DNA of 64,000 bases, from assembly GCA_012862495.1 (NCBI GenBank), contig BLSG01000215.1, positions 41,100 through 105,099 of the forward strand, given 5' to 3'. A model generated the notes under the pieces. The model was given only the letters and a program-made list of their open reading frames with translations. It had not been told where the DNA came from and searched no databases. A program made the position numbers and the translations under genes. Position 1 is the stretch's first letter. Each line of letters opens with the position of its first letter. Shown in pieces: positions 1 through 12,527 of the stretch. The stretch comes from Thraustochytrium aureum (lineage: Eukaryota).

Positions 1-1084
1 TTGTGCTGCTTCCGTTGTTGTCTGAGGGATGTCTCGCGGTGTGTTGTGGGATTGCGTGTTTGCTGATGACTCGGAGGCGCGATTTTGGCAGCCCTCAACG
101 CCGTGGCCTTAAAAGGCTCCAACTTCTCCGTGCCCATCGTCAGACACCGTGGACTATCTCCGTCGGTTTTGCTTGCTCGGCGGTGAAGGAACTCGCGCAA
201 ATCTTGCTTGCTGGCGGCACGTGCCCACGCGGCGCAGGGGGTCGAGGGGGCCGAGGGGGCCGAGGGGCCGACTTGCTACTGCTAAGCTGTGTGCGTCGAG
301 TTGGGAGGTTGGAAGGGGGGCTTCCTGAACTCAACTCCACTGAGCGCGAAAAAATCGTATCGGCGCTCGCAGCAGCGGGCGGGGCAATAGGGAAGATTCG
401 TGCGTTTTACGCAACTGCCCAATCGTTACAACGTAAAGCATCTCGCAGCCGTTGGAGGGCCGTGAAGAGGCGCAAACGCACGCAAGCGCACGCTTCCCGA
501 GATTGAATGACACGAGTCACACGACCAAGTGGCACTGACCTGAGCGAGCTGCGAACGGCCCCCTCCGGTATTCAAGTTGTCCTTGCCCTTGCACTTCGAA
601 TCTACTCGACGAGTTGCCGAGCAGCCAGAGTTCAGCTGACATGAGTGCGCTTCGTTGATGCAGAGCTCGCGGTCAGCAACGAACGGCTTGGTTCAAGGGG
701 GAGGATGCAAGGCGAGCTTGTGGGGGAGGACGCAAGGCGAGCTCGTGGGAGGGGGCGGCGGCTCGTCGAGGAACTCGACCTCAGCGTTGGGGATTCCCTG
801 ATAGGGTTATCAACGAGACACACCAGAGGCGAAGGGACGATTTAGAATCATTTCGAACCAACAGGCACCCATATCCCAGCTCCTCTCCTCAAGATTGAGA
901 GTCCCGCTCGGCCCGGCTCTCGCGTTGGCAAGGTACTCTACAGTCAGACAGTCACGTTTAGCAAGACGGAGCAAGCCTGGGGACACCCACATTCGGCGCG
1001 GAATCTGTTTGTGCAGCTGGGATCGTGTTCCCGAGCGACAATAAGCAAAACCAACTTCCACAGCGCGATCGCGGCTCCCACAAC

Positions 1085-1151
1085 CTTGCGTAGAGACTTT
1101 CTACAGGTTGCTGCTGGCTTGCGTAGAGACTTTCTACAGGTTGCTGCTGGC
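1085..1151. repeat. 33-bp tandem duplication (2 copies)
   Basis: CTTGCGTAGAGACTTTCTACAGGTTGCTGCTGG occurs twice in direct tandem; each copy has a small GTAGA...TCTAC inverted repeat. Confidence 0.9.
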
Positions 1152-2705
1152 TGCCGACAGTGACGGAGCTGGTCATGGCGGCGAGGTCGCTCGCCAGGCC
1201 TATCGGGCGGGCTATAAACTGCTGCCGAGGGGCATCCGAAGGCCGCCATGGAGATTTCATCGGAGAGCACCCTATCAATCGATGCACGCGCGTCTTCAGC
1301 ACGGCAGCCCGAGGCCAAACTTGCTGATTCGATTTTGACCTGCACTGTTTGGAGGCATGGGTTTGAAACAGACGAGTATTCAGGGCTGCTGCAAGAGACG
1401 CGCTGCCTTACCGTGAGCAGCGTCGACTGGCTGGGGGCATCTTGCTGCGCAACTGGAGCCGCACGCTCGATCGGCACCAGGCGAGCCCTCGAGGGCTGCT
1501 TTCATCCACGATAAGAAGGCACCTACTCTGCTTACTAATTGACGCAAAAAGAGACGGATGGGCCGGGCAGCCTTGCGATGCTGACACGAGTCGGCCGTGA
1601 CAAGCTTGCGCAGCTTGATCCGAACCATGCAAAGCTCCGAGCCGCGCTTGCGTGTGGAGCCGCAACCACATGATCGATTGTTCGATTGTCCCCCTTATTC
1701 CCATTTTTCGTTAAGGAGGTTCTATCCGTTGAGACAACCTGATTTTTGAGTCGCGTGGCCGCATGGCCAGCCGACTGGCCGCCGAATGCTCCGGCAAGCC
1801 TTTGACGCGATCGCCGGCCGGAGCCCAACGACCCAACGGAGTAAACACGGCCTCGTCGTCGAGCCTCGTGCTGAGCCTCCTCCCACGTGGTGCGTGGCGC
1901 GTGGCTCTCGAATTCTGCCCAGTCAATGCTCAACGCACCTTGCGAGCCGGCACCTTGCAAACCGTGTGGTATGCAGACTTGCGAGCAGCGGCGTTGGACC
2001 CTCTTGCGTAGATCCGGCGCGCAGCTAGCGGATGTGTTGCATCTCTCCCAAGAGGGCTGCTAACCGCTACGACAAGTTCACGTCAGCTGCCGGATACAAA
2101 CCAACGACAGCAACCGGCCGAGCAGCAACGCACTCGTCGGGCCGTGCGCCGCATGCGCTCCGCNNNNNNNNNNNNNNNNNNNNNNNNNNNNNNNNNNNNN
2201 NNNNNNNNNNNNNNNNNNNNNNNNNNNNNNNNNNNNNNNNNNNNNNNNNNNNNNNNNNNNNNNNNNNNNNNNNNNNNNNNNNNNNNNNNNNNNNNNNNNN
2301 NNNNNNNNNNNNNNNNNNNNNNNNNNNNNNNNNNNNNNNNNNNNNNNNNNNNTTTATCCGCTTGCTGCAAGCCACAGCTCGCTGCTCGCCTAGGCGCAGT
2401 GCCGCTGCAGCTCAAGCGCAGTGACGCACCGGGCGACCGGCTGCGCCGCAAGCAACACAAACGAGCACGTCAAGTCGAGCTGCTTCGAGGCTTCAAGGCA
2501 GGCCCTTTACCACAAACAAGGCCAGAGCGCAGGGCAAGCTCAAGCGCTGCGTGGGTCCGAGAGCCTTTCGCACGTCGCGTGGAACAAAGTCCAAAATTGT
2601 GCGCCTACAGGTCGAGGGCTCCGCCTAAGGCGGCGCTGCACCGGGGAGTCAACTTCCTGCCTGTTGGCCGGCTGTCGCTTTGGTGCAACAGCTCGAACCG
2701 CAGGA

Positions 2706-4583
2706 ATGATGATCGGGGCGGCGCAAAGCACCAAGACGACGGCGATCCCGCGCCCCCCGATGCGGGCGCGCAAGGCAGAGAGTTCATACGTTAAAGCCGC
2801 CAGGATCTTGGAGATGCGCGCAACCAACGAGCGCGAGCAATTCTCGGCTACGCAAAGGGTTGACGCGCCGAAACCAGAGCAAAGCGCAGATACAGGTCGC
2901 CAACGCGAGGCGAGGGAGCACCACACCATCGTCCCCGAAGCGCTCGCTCCAATCCAGCGCGGCCACCGACGTTCTCATGGTGTAGCGGGCCCTCTGCCTG
3001 CGAGCCAGCAGCAAAGTGCAAGCAGTACAAAGGCTGGGGCCAAAAACCATGCAGGGTCGAGCCGCAAAGGCCGGAAAAAGGAAAGGCGCTCCAAGTCTGT
3101 GGGCCACTACGTCCTCGGCGAGGCGCTGGGGCAGGGCACGTTTGGGCTTGTTCAGCTGGGGATTCACACCCTCACGGGCGAGAAAGTCGCCATCAAGATC
3201 TTGGAGAAAAGCAAGATCGTGTCGGAAGCAGACCTGACGCGTGTGACTCGAGAGATCAAAATCCTCAAGCGCAGCCGGCACGAAAACTGCATCCAGCTGC
3301 TTGAAGTTATCGACACCCCTCGCCAGATCTTCCTCACAATGGAGTACTTGGATGGAGGCGAGCTATTTGACCTCATCGTGAATGCGGGGCGGCTCAAGGT
3401 AAGTCTTGGCGTTGGTGGCGCATTGGCCCGAAAAGTGGCGCAGTTTCCTTGTGGCGAAGGTGACGAAAAGCAACTAACGGTTCTGAGTACCTGCAACAGG
3501 AGCCGGATGCAGCGCGGTACTTTGCTCAGATTCTCGACGGCGTCGAGTACTTGCACGCCAGCCACATCATCCACCGCGACCTCAAGCCGGAGAACCTTCT
3601 GCTGCAAAGGCAAGCCGATGGCTCTCATCGCGTCAAGATTGTCGATTTCGGGCTCTCCAACACGAACGACGGCGACGTACTGCTCAAAACCGCGTGCGGG
3701 AGCCCCTGCTACGCCAGCCCCGAGATGATCCGCGGGCTGAAATATGACGGAACAAAGTCGGATATCTGGAGCCTTGGCGTCGTTCTTTTCGCTATGGTGG
3801 CCGGGTTCCTCCCGTTCGAACACCAAGACACCGCGACGCTATACCGCCTCATCCTCAGCGCGAGCTACAAGCCGCCCGCATTTCTATCCGTAGATGTCTG
3901 CTCGCTGCTCAAGAAAGTGCTCAACACAGACCCCGAGACGCGCTTGACGATTCCGGGAATTCGTCAGCACCTCTGGATGAGACGCCACACCGCGTTCATG
4001 TCTTCTGACAACCAATCGAACCGCTCTATCGCCCTGGAGCAAGAAGAAATAGCGCCGGAATGCTCTGGCGTGGCGGACCCTCAAGCTGCCGCGTCGTCGC
4101 CCGAGGCTAGCTTGGGCTCGGCCATCGGCGCGCTTGCGAATGTTGACGAACGCGTGGTGAACAAGGTTGTCGAGGTTGCCAAGCTGGATCGCGACTTTGT
4201 GGTTGACTCTGTGAGGCGGAACGCTCACAACTCGGCGACCACATGCTACTTTTTGCTCCGCGAGCGCCTTCTCCGCAGCGGGTCCGAGGCCTCTTCCATC
4301 TTCATGGACAATGTCGCCGCAAGCGCAGAAGACAGTGAACACGATGAGGAGGCCAAGGAGGACGACGAGCTTGCATCGGCCCCGACGGATGAAGCACGTT
4401 CACCTGAGCAAAGGGAAGGCGCGCCCGTATCCAAAGCGAGCCCAGCAGATGCGGAGGGAGCGGCTCCTGCTGCCGAAACCCGCTCGACCTCGGCGGCCAA
4501 AGAGTCGACCCTTTCAACCAAGGACGGCGCGCGCATCACGGCCGATCAACCCAGTCAGGCCGTATTCTCTGGGACTAGCGAGG
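2706..4583 (+). CDS. SNF1/AMPK-related (CAMKL) Ser/Thr kinase with UBA-like domain; 2 exons visible (2706-3398, 3500->4583), 3' end in gap
   Basis: Motifs GQGTFG, VAIK, HRDLKPEN, DFGLSN, TACGSPCYASPEM and DIWSLGV. Splicing 3399-3499 joins the two ORFs in frame (RLK|EPDAARYFAQILDGVEYLH). UBA-like segment ends in NSATTCYFLL. Start codon uncertain (2706 or 2760). Confidence 0.9.
3399..3499 (+). other. Spliceosomal intron (101 nt) in the kinase gene
   Basis: GTAAGT donor, CTAAC branch point near 3474, CAG acceptor; removal restores the kinase reading frame. Confidence 0.9.
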
Positions 4584-5536
4584 NNNNNNNNNNNNNNNNN
4601 NNNNNNNNNNNNNNNNNNNNNNNNNNNNNNNNNNNNNNNNNNNNNNNNNNNNNNNNNNNNNNNNNNNNNNNNNNNNNNNNNNNNNNNNNNNNNNNNNNNN
4701 NNNNNNNNNNNNNNNNNNNNNNNNNNNNNNNNNNNNNNNNNNNNNNNNNNNNNNNNNNNNNNNNNNNNNNNNNNNNNNNNNNNNNNNNNNNNNNNNNNNN
4801 NNNNNNNNNNNNNNNNNNNNNNNNNNNNNNNNNNNNNNNNNNNNNNNNNNNNNNNNNNNNNNNNNNNNNNNNNNNNNNNNNNNNNNNNNNNNNNNNNNNN
4901 NNNNNNNNNNNNNNNNNNNNNNNNNNNNNNNNNNNNNNNNNNNNNNNNNNNNNNNNNNNNNNNNNNNNNNNNNNNNNNNNNNNNNNNNNNNNNNNNNNNN
5001 NNNNNNNNNNNNNNNNNNNNNNNNNNNNNNNNNNNNNNNNNNNNNNNNNNNNNNNNNNNNNNNNNNNNNNNNNNNNNNNNNNNNNNNNNNNNNNNNNNNN
5101 NNNNNNNNNNNNNNNNNNNNNNNNNNNNNNNNNNNNNNNNNNNNNNNNNNNNNNNNNNNNNNNNNNNNNNNNNNNNNNNNNNNNNNNNNNNNNNNNNNNN
5201 NNNNNNNNNNNNNNNNNNNNNNNNNNNNNNNNNNNNNNNNNNNNNNNNNNNNNNNNNNNNNNNNNNNNNNNNNNNNNNNNNNNNNNNNNNNNNNNNNNNN
5301 NNNNNNNNNNNNNNNNNNNNNNNNNNNNNNNNNNNNNNNNNNNNNNNNNNNNNNNNNNNNNNNNNNNNNNNNNNNNNNNNNNNNNNNNNNNNNNNNNNNN
5401 NNNNNNNNNNNNNNNNNNNNNNNNNNNNNNNNNNNNNNNNNNNNNNNNNNNNNNNNNNNNNNNNNNNNNNNNNNNNNNNNNNNNNNNNNNNNNNNNNNNN
5501 NNNNNNNNNNNNNNNNNNNNNNNNNNNNNNNNNNNN

Positions 5537-7114
5537 CTCGCTGGTCTGGTTGGCTAGCAAGCCACTCGCAAAACCTGACAACCTTGGCCGCGCGAATCGA
5601 CGAGGAGAGATCGGAACCCTGCTGCGGTTGGACCGGCAACGCTTTCGCAAAGTCGATCTGCGGTGCCGGCGCCACTTGCGGCCAAATCGGTGTAAAGCCT
5701 TGCAGCTCAATCTCCTCACTAAGCGCAGCTCGAGCCGCGGACCCCACGACCAGCCTGCTCTCGCATTGCAATTTCATTCACTCCTTCCCAGCACGCGCCA
5801 AGGGCCAGACAGCAAGCGACCAGCGGCTGGGGATGTCCAGTCCAGAGCGAGCGCCTCGTGCTCAAACGCAACTCGGACCCAGTCCAAGAAGACCGAAAGC
5901 GGCCCCAAGGCTTCTTCGTGGGCGAGTCGCTGAGCAGGGGTGAGTGGGGTGACCAGGGAGTCTAAAAACGTGCGGCGCAGCCGTGCGGTGGCTGGTCGGC
6001 TCAACTAGGAGCTCGCAAAGCGCCGCTGCGGTGGAGAACGCGACAAAGTCAGCAGTGTGGCGCGCACTCTTCGCCGCCCCCGAGCCCTCACCAGGCTGGT
6101 GCGCCACCCTGGCGTGTGGATGCAGCAGACCACCATGGCGAGCTGTGTTTTTAGCGGAAAGGCCCACCTTCGTAGCAGCATGGGGAGCGCCTCGACGCAC
6201 TGCCTCGACGCTTGGTCCAGGTCCTTGGCGATTCCTTTGGCAGCGAGCTTGGCCTGCACATAGGTAAGCCGCGTTAGGCACGCTTGCAAGAGCTTGGTGC
6301 GCTGTGCGCCTGTCATTGACCCGGCAACCGCCAGCGGGCCAGGGCCCCCGCTCGCCTCGAGATTGGCGAGCTGCGCCGTAGCGATGCCCGGTAGAGCGGC
6401 AAGGTTGCGCTCGCAGTTTGGGAAAGGTTTGGGGGACAGCATCGCGCGCACATAGCCATACATGGCCATGTACAGGTGCCCTCGGCTCTGCGCCACGACC
6501 GCGAGCTGATTGAACGCCCAGCCGCTGTGAGGGTCGAGCTCGAGGCACTGCCGATACCTGGCTTCGGCGCCCTGGAACGTCTTGATTTTCCTCCCATCGT
6601 CGTGAAGCTCGCGGTACCTCGCAAGGTCACCCAGTGCGACGATGGCGCGGAAGCGGGCTGCGAGGAGCGCCTCGGAGGTCGCATTCGCTGTACCCGAGCT
6701 CTTGCGCGCTTCTGCATAGGCAGCGTCAAGCCGCCCGAGAAAGCTCTCGTACTGGGCGCGGCTTGTGTCTAGAAAGTGAAGGAACTGGCCGGTTGCAGCG
6801 CGCGCGGCACGCTCCAGCTGCGGGTCGCCGCTCCCCGCGGCGAGGGACCGCGCGGCCCCGACTTGCCGCCGAAACTGCTCGATCGGTTTGTAAAAGCAGT
6901 AGCGCCACATCGCATCTTGCAGTGCGATCTTACCGGCCTCCACCGGTGCAGCAACAGCTGCATCAGCTACTTTTTCGCGCGCCACGCGGCGTAGCGAGGC
7001 CTCGTCTTTGTCGCCACTTCCGCCGCTCAAGCCTTGTCGCTTCCCCTCCGTCACGGCCTTGGACGCTGTTCTCAGGTTGGTAATGGCCTCCTTCGCAGCT
7101 CCTATTGCGTCCAT
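5537..7114 (-). CDS. SMG7/EST1 (SMG5-6-7 family) 14-3-3-like TPR protein; several frameshifts near 5720-6110, 3' end in gap
   Basis: Est1 signature LGDLARY...YRQCLELDPHSGWAFNQLAV...YGYVRAMLSPKPFPNCERNL. Downstream family motifs (LGPLSVFLDWV; ALSEEIELQGFTPI; R..K...FCEWLA) are present in shifted frames down to the gap. Confidence 0.8.
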
Positions 7115-8118
7115 CACGGCTCGACCAGCCCCCAGGCAGCACTACAGCCCTGGCCGGCACGTCGGCACGCAGGCAGGCAGGCANNNNNNNNNNNNNNNNN
7201 NNNNNNNNNNNNNNNNNNNNNNNNNNNNNNNNNNNNNNNNNNNNNNNNNNNNNNNNNNNNNNNNNNNNNNNNNNNNNNNNNNNNNNNNNNNNNNNNNNNN
7301 NNNNNNNNNNNNNNNNNNNNNNNNNNNNNNNNNNNNNNNNNNNNNNNNNNNNNNNNNNNNNNNNNNNNNNNNNNNNNNNNNNNNNNNNNNNNNNNNNNNN
7401 NNNNNNNNNNNNNNNNNNNNNNNNNNNNNNNNNNNNNNNNNNNNNNNNNNNNNNNNNNNNNNNNNNNNNNNNNNNNNNNNNNNNNNNNNNNNNNNNNNNN
7501 NNNNNNNNNNNNNNNNNNNNNNNNNNNNNNNNNNNNNNNNNNNNNNNNNNNNNNNNNNNNNNNNNNNNNNNNNNNNNNNNNNNNNNNNNNNNNNNNNNNN
7601 NNNNNNNNNNNNNNNNNNNNNNNNNNNNNNNNNNNNNNNNNNNNNNNNNNNNNNNNNNNNNNNNNNNNNNNNNNNNNNNNNNNNNNNNNNNNNNNNNNNN
7701 NNNNNNNNNNNNNNNNNNNNNNNNNNNNNNNNNNNNNNNNNNNNNNNNNNNNNNNNNNNNNNNNNNNNNNNNNNNNNNNNNNNNNNNNNNNNNNNNNNNN
7801 NNNNNNNNNNNNNNNNNNNNNNNNNNNNNNNNNNNNNNNNNNNNNNNNNNNNNNNNNNNNNNNNNNNNNNNNNNNNNNNNNNNNNNNNNNNNNNNNNNNN
7901 NNNNNNNNNNNNNNNNNNNNNNNNNNNNNNNNNNNNNNNNNNNNNNNNNNNNNNNNNNNNNNNNNNNNNNNNNNNNNNNNNNNNNNNNNNNNNNNNNNNN
8001 NNNNNNNNNNNNNNNNNNNNNNNNNNNNNNNNNNNNNNNNNNNNNNNNNNNNNNNNNNNNNNNNNNNNNNNNNNNNNCTCTCTTGCTCGAAGCGACAAGG
8101 TAAGTAGCGAGCGAGCCC

Positions 8119-10343
8119 ATGGCAGCAGCAGCAGACCCCATTCGCGCAGTGTTGCGCGACGGGCAAGCAGGCCGAAGAGAAGACAGGAGGGAGGAGGAGG
8201 AGGCCGTGGCCGCGATGGCCTCGCGCGGCGATACAGGCGGCCAGCGCCGACGGCGCTGGCGCCACCGCGGCGGTGGCGATCGCGCACAGAAAGATGCGAC
8301 ACCAGGTACCGGCCACATCGAGGCAGCTGACGCTGGCGACGCAGCGAATCGGAGCGCCGGCGCGGCGGAGGCGACGAGTGCGGCACGGACCTTCGCTGCG
8401 AGGCGGTCAAGACCGTTGAGCAGTGGCGGGCCTGAACAGCTCGGGGGAGGCCCGGCGAAAGGAGCGGCGTTGAAGCAAAGGCTCGCCAGCCAGCGGCCGT
8501 CAAACGCGCAAGCGTCGGGGGAGGGACGGGAGGGCGGCCGCAAGTCGCAGCGGCGTCGGCGAGGCGGCCGCAAGAGCGAAAACAAAGCGGGTCCTGCGCG
8601 GGCGCAAGCCGCGAGCGCGCCGGGACACTCGAACCAGGAGCGCCGACGGACTTTGCGCAAGCCTGCCCAGGCACCAAAGCCGCGGCACCGGCTGGGGCGC
8701 GAGTGGCTCGCGCAGACTCCGCCAGAGGTGCTGGCGCACGTGGTCCAGTTTCTTAGCAGTGTGGAGGACCTCATCAGGGTGGCCTCCTCGTGCAAGCGGC
8801 TCCGTGACGCGGTGCGGCTGTGCACAATTGTTCTCGTGGACCGCCGGGTCCGCTTGCAAGACGGGCGCCTCGATGCGGTAGTCAACGCGGTGAGGCTCCC
8901 GCCTGCTCTCGAGCGCCTAGAGTCGCTGCGCTTAGAGAACACGAATATCCCAATGGCGCTCTGCGCGCGAGTGGCGTCTGGCAGCCGCCTCTCGCTCAGG
9001 TCTGTCGAGCTAGCGCGCTGCTCAGACCTCGCGTCGAGCAGCGCGATAGTGGCGGATTTACTGAGCGGGGCGGGCAGCCAGTTCCCTCAGCTCGAGGAGC
9101 TCGCCGTGTACGACATGTCTGGCGCGGGTCTCGAGCTCGTCTCCAGCCACAAACGCAAGAGCCAAGCACGGACTCCAGCAACACACGCTCGCTTCGCGCT
9201 CTCGCACTGATCAACACGACACTCAGCGTTCCCACCCTGGTGAAAGCCATCAAGGGACACGCGGGGTTGGAGGCTCTATTCCTGGGCGGCTCTAACCTCC
9301 TCGAGTGGGACGCAATGGGGGTCGCGGGCATTTCTCTAGCGCAGGGGTCCGAGGTCCAGGTTGATGCGACGATGCGCGAAAGAGACGTCTCCGTTCAAAA
9401 CCCGGGAGCAGAGCCTGTACGCGACCTTGAGTCGCCTCTGCGAATCCGGCGCAGCGAGCGGCGCCTACGAATCCTGACAACGCTCCGCCTTGTGGAGGTC
9501 TCGTTTTGGCCCCGATCCTCAGTTGCGAAACTGCAGCAGACTCTGGTTAACGTGGATGGCGAGCCGATCGTCTTCCTAGACTTTTTGTCCTCGCCGCTCG
9601 AAGACATTCGCCGCGCTGGCCGCTATGCAGCGTGCGCGCGCGTGGCGCTCCTCGGAAGAGACTCGTATGCGCGCTCCGCGTTGCACTGTATCGCGAACTA
9701 CGGGGAGTCGACGGACGTCGCCAACCGTTGTGGGGAACTGATCAAGCTTGGAGCGCGACTCGACCAGCGCGACAAAGGTACCCGCACGGTGGTCTACCGC
9801 GCGGCGCAGTACCGCACGACTAGCTTCATCGAGGGAACGAATGCAGTGCCAGCGGGTCGCGCCGAGATTTCGCGGGCGTTGCCCCTGCGCGCTATGAACG
9901 GGGAGACAGCGCTGTTTGTTGCGAGCCTCGTTGGAGCCACGACGATTGTGCAAGTCCTGTGCGAAGCGCTTCGCCGCCAGCAGGCCATCTCTAGCATAAC
10001 TTCAGACGCTTTTGTCGCGCAGGTTGTGCGCGAGCATTCGATCCTGGATGGATGGACGCCCTTGCATGCAGCTGCAGTGGGCGGGCACCTCGAGTGCGCC
10101 GCAACGCTTCTCAACAGCGGGTATTTTAGTGTGGGCGACCGGAGCAAGCAGGGGGAAACTCCACTGCACATCGCGGCTTTCGGCGGCCACGTTTCAATGG
10201 TAGAGCTGCTTTTGGCGCACGGAGCCCGCGCCGAACTGCGCACCAAGGATGGACTTACGGCTCTTCGGATTGCCAAGCGGAGGGGCAAGGCCGATTGCGT
10301 TCACTCGCTTCGGCTTGGCGGCCGCGTCGAGGCGCTCGCCTGA
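8119..10343 (+). CDS. F-box protein with LRR-like middle region and C-terminal ankyrin repeats; one frameshift near 9140
   Basis: F-box WLAQTPPEVLAHVVQFLSSVEDLIRVASSCKRLRDAV; LRR-like LESLRLEN, LRSVELARC, LEELAVY, LEALFLGG; ankyrins GETALFVA, GWTPLHAAAVGGH, GETPLHIAAFGGH, GLTALRIA. Confidence 0.75.
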
Positions 10344-10496
10344 CATTGTGAGTAGCCTCGTCCTCACGCGCGCAGAGCGTTATAGATAGGTACGAACGAC
10401 TTCAATTGATACGATACTACTGGTGATGAGCTGCGACGCGTTGTGCAAAAGACGACCAAAGCACAAGTCGACTTTCCTTTCGTTTTAAAATTCGCG

Positions 10497-12527
10497 TCAC
10501 GTCGCATAGCCATACAGCCGCTGGATGACCATGGCCATCACGCCAACGTAGCTATCCCAAGCATCAGCATACTCGGCGTGGCGCACAAACTCAATGGCGC
10601 CAAATCCCTGCCGCGTGTCCTCCAAAAGACTCTGGGCAGCGCTAGGCGACAGGCCAACTTGCACTCGCAATGGCTCGCAAAGGAGCACGACCACGTCTTC
10701 GAAGAAATCGCGCAGCTCCTTTGCTTGCGCGAGCCCCGAGCCAATCGTAAGAAAAGACTTTGCCCATGTCTTGTATCGCAGCTTGAGTTTCCGAAACGAT
10801 GACTTGCTCTCTGCCGACGCGTTTGCCTTCGCCACTTGATTCAAAGTAGAGCGCACGGCGTTGTCAAGAACTCCGCGCGTACCAAAAATGTGATTTTTGA
10901 TGGCGCGCCACTTGGCGATCAAAGCTGGGCTAACCTCCATTGAGGTGTTGCCGGGCGTTGGAAGCACGAGCTGGCGACCGTGGCTAGCAGCTCTCTTTCG
11001 TGGCCCAGAGTCGGCGGCCCCGAACCCGCTCCGGACGGGCCACGACTGTTGGTCCAGCAAAGCGCTGTTTTGCGGACTCGTTGGGAGATTGGAGGAAGAG
11101 GAGAGCGGGCCGGCTTCCACAAGGCCCCTTTTCGAGCCTTGGTCCCCGAACAGCACTTCTGCGGCCTGGCCGCCGGCTAGTGCCGACCCAAAAGCCGTTT
11201 GTGGACCAGTTCCCCGAGGACTGGCCTGTTGCAGTGCGCCGCCTTCTGCATCCGGGAGCAGCGTATCACTCGCGTCCAAGGGCGCTCGGCCTACATCCTC
11301 GCTCTGGTCGTCCTCCGTCGAGACGTGGTGCTGAAGAGCGCCTTCGTTGTCGATTTCTTCTGAAAGGTAGTCCGTGAGCCTGGATGTCTCCTCCGGGTCG
11401 TCTCCGAGGCCCTCCAGGCGGCGTTCGCTCCATGACTCGTTTGATCTCAGGCTCGAACCAGCCTCTGCCACACGGCTCGCTGTGGAGAGCGGGAGTTTGC
11501 TCGACCCTGAACCTGCGGCAGGGGCGCGCCTCGCCCAGGATCCAAAATGCGAAAAGCCTGGCAAGCTGCTATCGCCCAGGTAGGCGAGCCCTGTAAAGGG
11601 CTTGGCGCCCACGTCACTCGCCGTCTCTCCGACCCAAAACACGAGCAGCACTGCTGCGCAGTACTCGAGGTCGGCGAGCCTGAGGGTTCCGGTGCGCTTT
11701 CGCCCGGACTGGATGTGAAACCTATTGTACAGGAGAAAGAGGATGCAAGTGTACCGTTCGGCAAGGTCCCACGGAATGCGGTAAAGGTCGAAAATGGACT
11801 GCGTGATGCTTCCCTCAAAGTTGCGCTCGTCCATCGCGTTGAAAATGCGGCGCACATTGTCGAACTGGCGCCGGCAGCTCGGGAGCAGCACGCTGGTAGA
11901 CTCTGCCACCTCGTCGAGGTCCTTGCGCGCCCGCGTGGTCAGCTTGCGGCCCAGCAGCTCGCGCACCACGCTGTCGTCAAACTCGTGGTACTTTGAGATC
12001 ATGAACGACTGGATGCGCGGTGCGAGCTGCACAATCAGCTGCCGCTCTAGGAGCGCGGGCTGCCCAAAAAACTCCTCCAGCAAGTGCAGCAGCCTGTACT
12101 GGTCGATCGCGTCGCGGTACAGCAGCAGCAGGAGGTCGCGCTCCGAGGCGTCCGGCTCGGCCCCAAGCAGGTTTCGTCGATAGTAAACAACCTGCTCCTC
12201 GCGAAAGCCGCGGAGCCAGAGCTCGAAAACGGCCAAGTTCAGGCTGACGGGGTCGCCGCAAAACACGTGAAACACTGTCGAGGAGCTATCCACCGCGCTC
12301 TGCAACGTTTGCGCCAGCTGCGAGAAGTTGTGGCTCGTTCCTGCCACGTTCGCCGGTTTGCCAGCCTCGCCCTCTAGCCGCGCCTGAGCCGAGCTCGCCG
12401 TCCGGCTTTGCTCGAGCTCCACGTCGCCCTGGAGGCCGCCGCGCTTCGCTGCCGCGCGCACGGCGCCGCCGAACAGGCCGCCGCCGCCTGCGTTCGTCGT
12501 GCCACCAGGGTCCAGCTCGTCGCCCAT
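10497..12527 (-). CDS. FIBP: FIBP (acidic FGF intracellular-binding protein) homologue with a large disordered insertion
   Basis: Family motifs VFELWLRG, DQYR, QLIVQL, YHEFDDSVVRELLGRKL...RKDLDEVAE...SCRRQFDNVRRIF and C-terminal IGSGLAQAKELRDFFEDVV...EPL. Confidence 0.85.
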   Translation of the reverse strand: MGDELDPGGTTNAGGGGLFGGAVRAAAKRGGLQGDVELEQSRTASSAQARLEGEAGKPANVAGTSHNFSQLAQTLQSAVDSSSTVFHVFCGDPVSLNLAVFELWLRGFREEQVVYYRRNLLGAEPDASERDLLLLLYRDAIDQYRLLHLLEEFFGQPALLERQLIVQLAPRIQSFMISKYHEFDDSVVRELLGRKLTTRARKDLDEVAESTSVLLPSCRRQFDNVRRIFNAMDERNFEGSITQSIFDLYRIPWDLAERYTCILFLLYNRFHIQSGRKRTGTLRLADLEYCAAVLLVFWVGETASDVGAKPFTGLAYLGDSSLPGFSHFGSWARRAPAAGSGSSKLPLSTASRVAEAGSSLRSNESWSERRLEGLGDDPEETSRLTDYLSEEIDNEGALQHHVSTEDDQSEDVGRAPLDASDTLLPDAEGGALQQASPRGTGPQTAFGSALAGGQAAEVLFGDQGSKRGLVEAGPLSSSSNLPTSPQNSALLDQQSWPVRSGFGAADSGPRKRAASHGRQLVLPTPGNTSMEVSPALIAKWRAIKNHIFGTRGVLDNAVRSTLNQVAKANASAESKSSFRKLKLRYKTWAKSFLTIGSGLAQAKELRDFFEDVVVLLCEPLRVQVGLSPSAAQSLLEDTRQGFGAIEFVRHAEYADAWDSYVGVMAMVIQRLYGYAT

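Noticed and set aside
1085..1151. CRISPR (Cas12a-like TTTCTAC/GTAGA) repeat
   Set aside because: Only two directly adjacent identical units, no unique spacers, no cas genes, eukaryotic context.
1..2163. Protein-coding genes in the leftmost region, including a minus-strand ATG at 137 running off the window
   Set aside because: No recognisable domains; ORFs are short and expected by chance at this GC content. A gene start at 137 is possible but unsupported.
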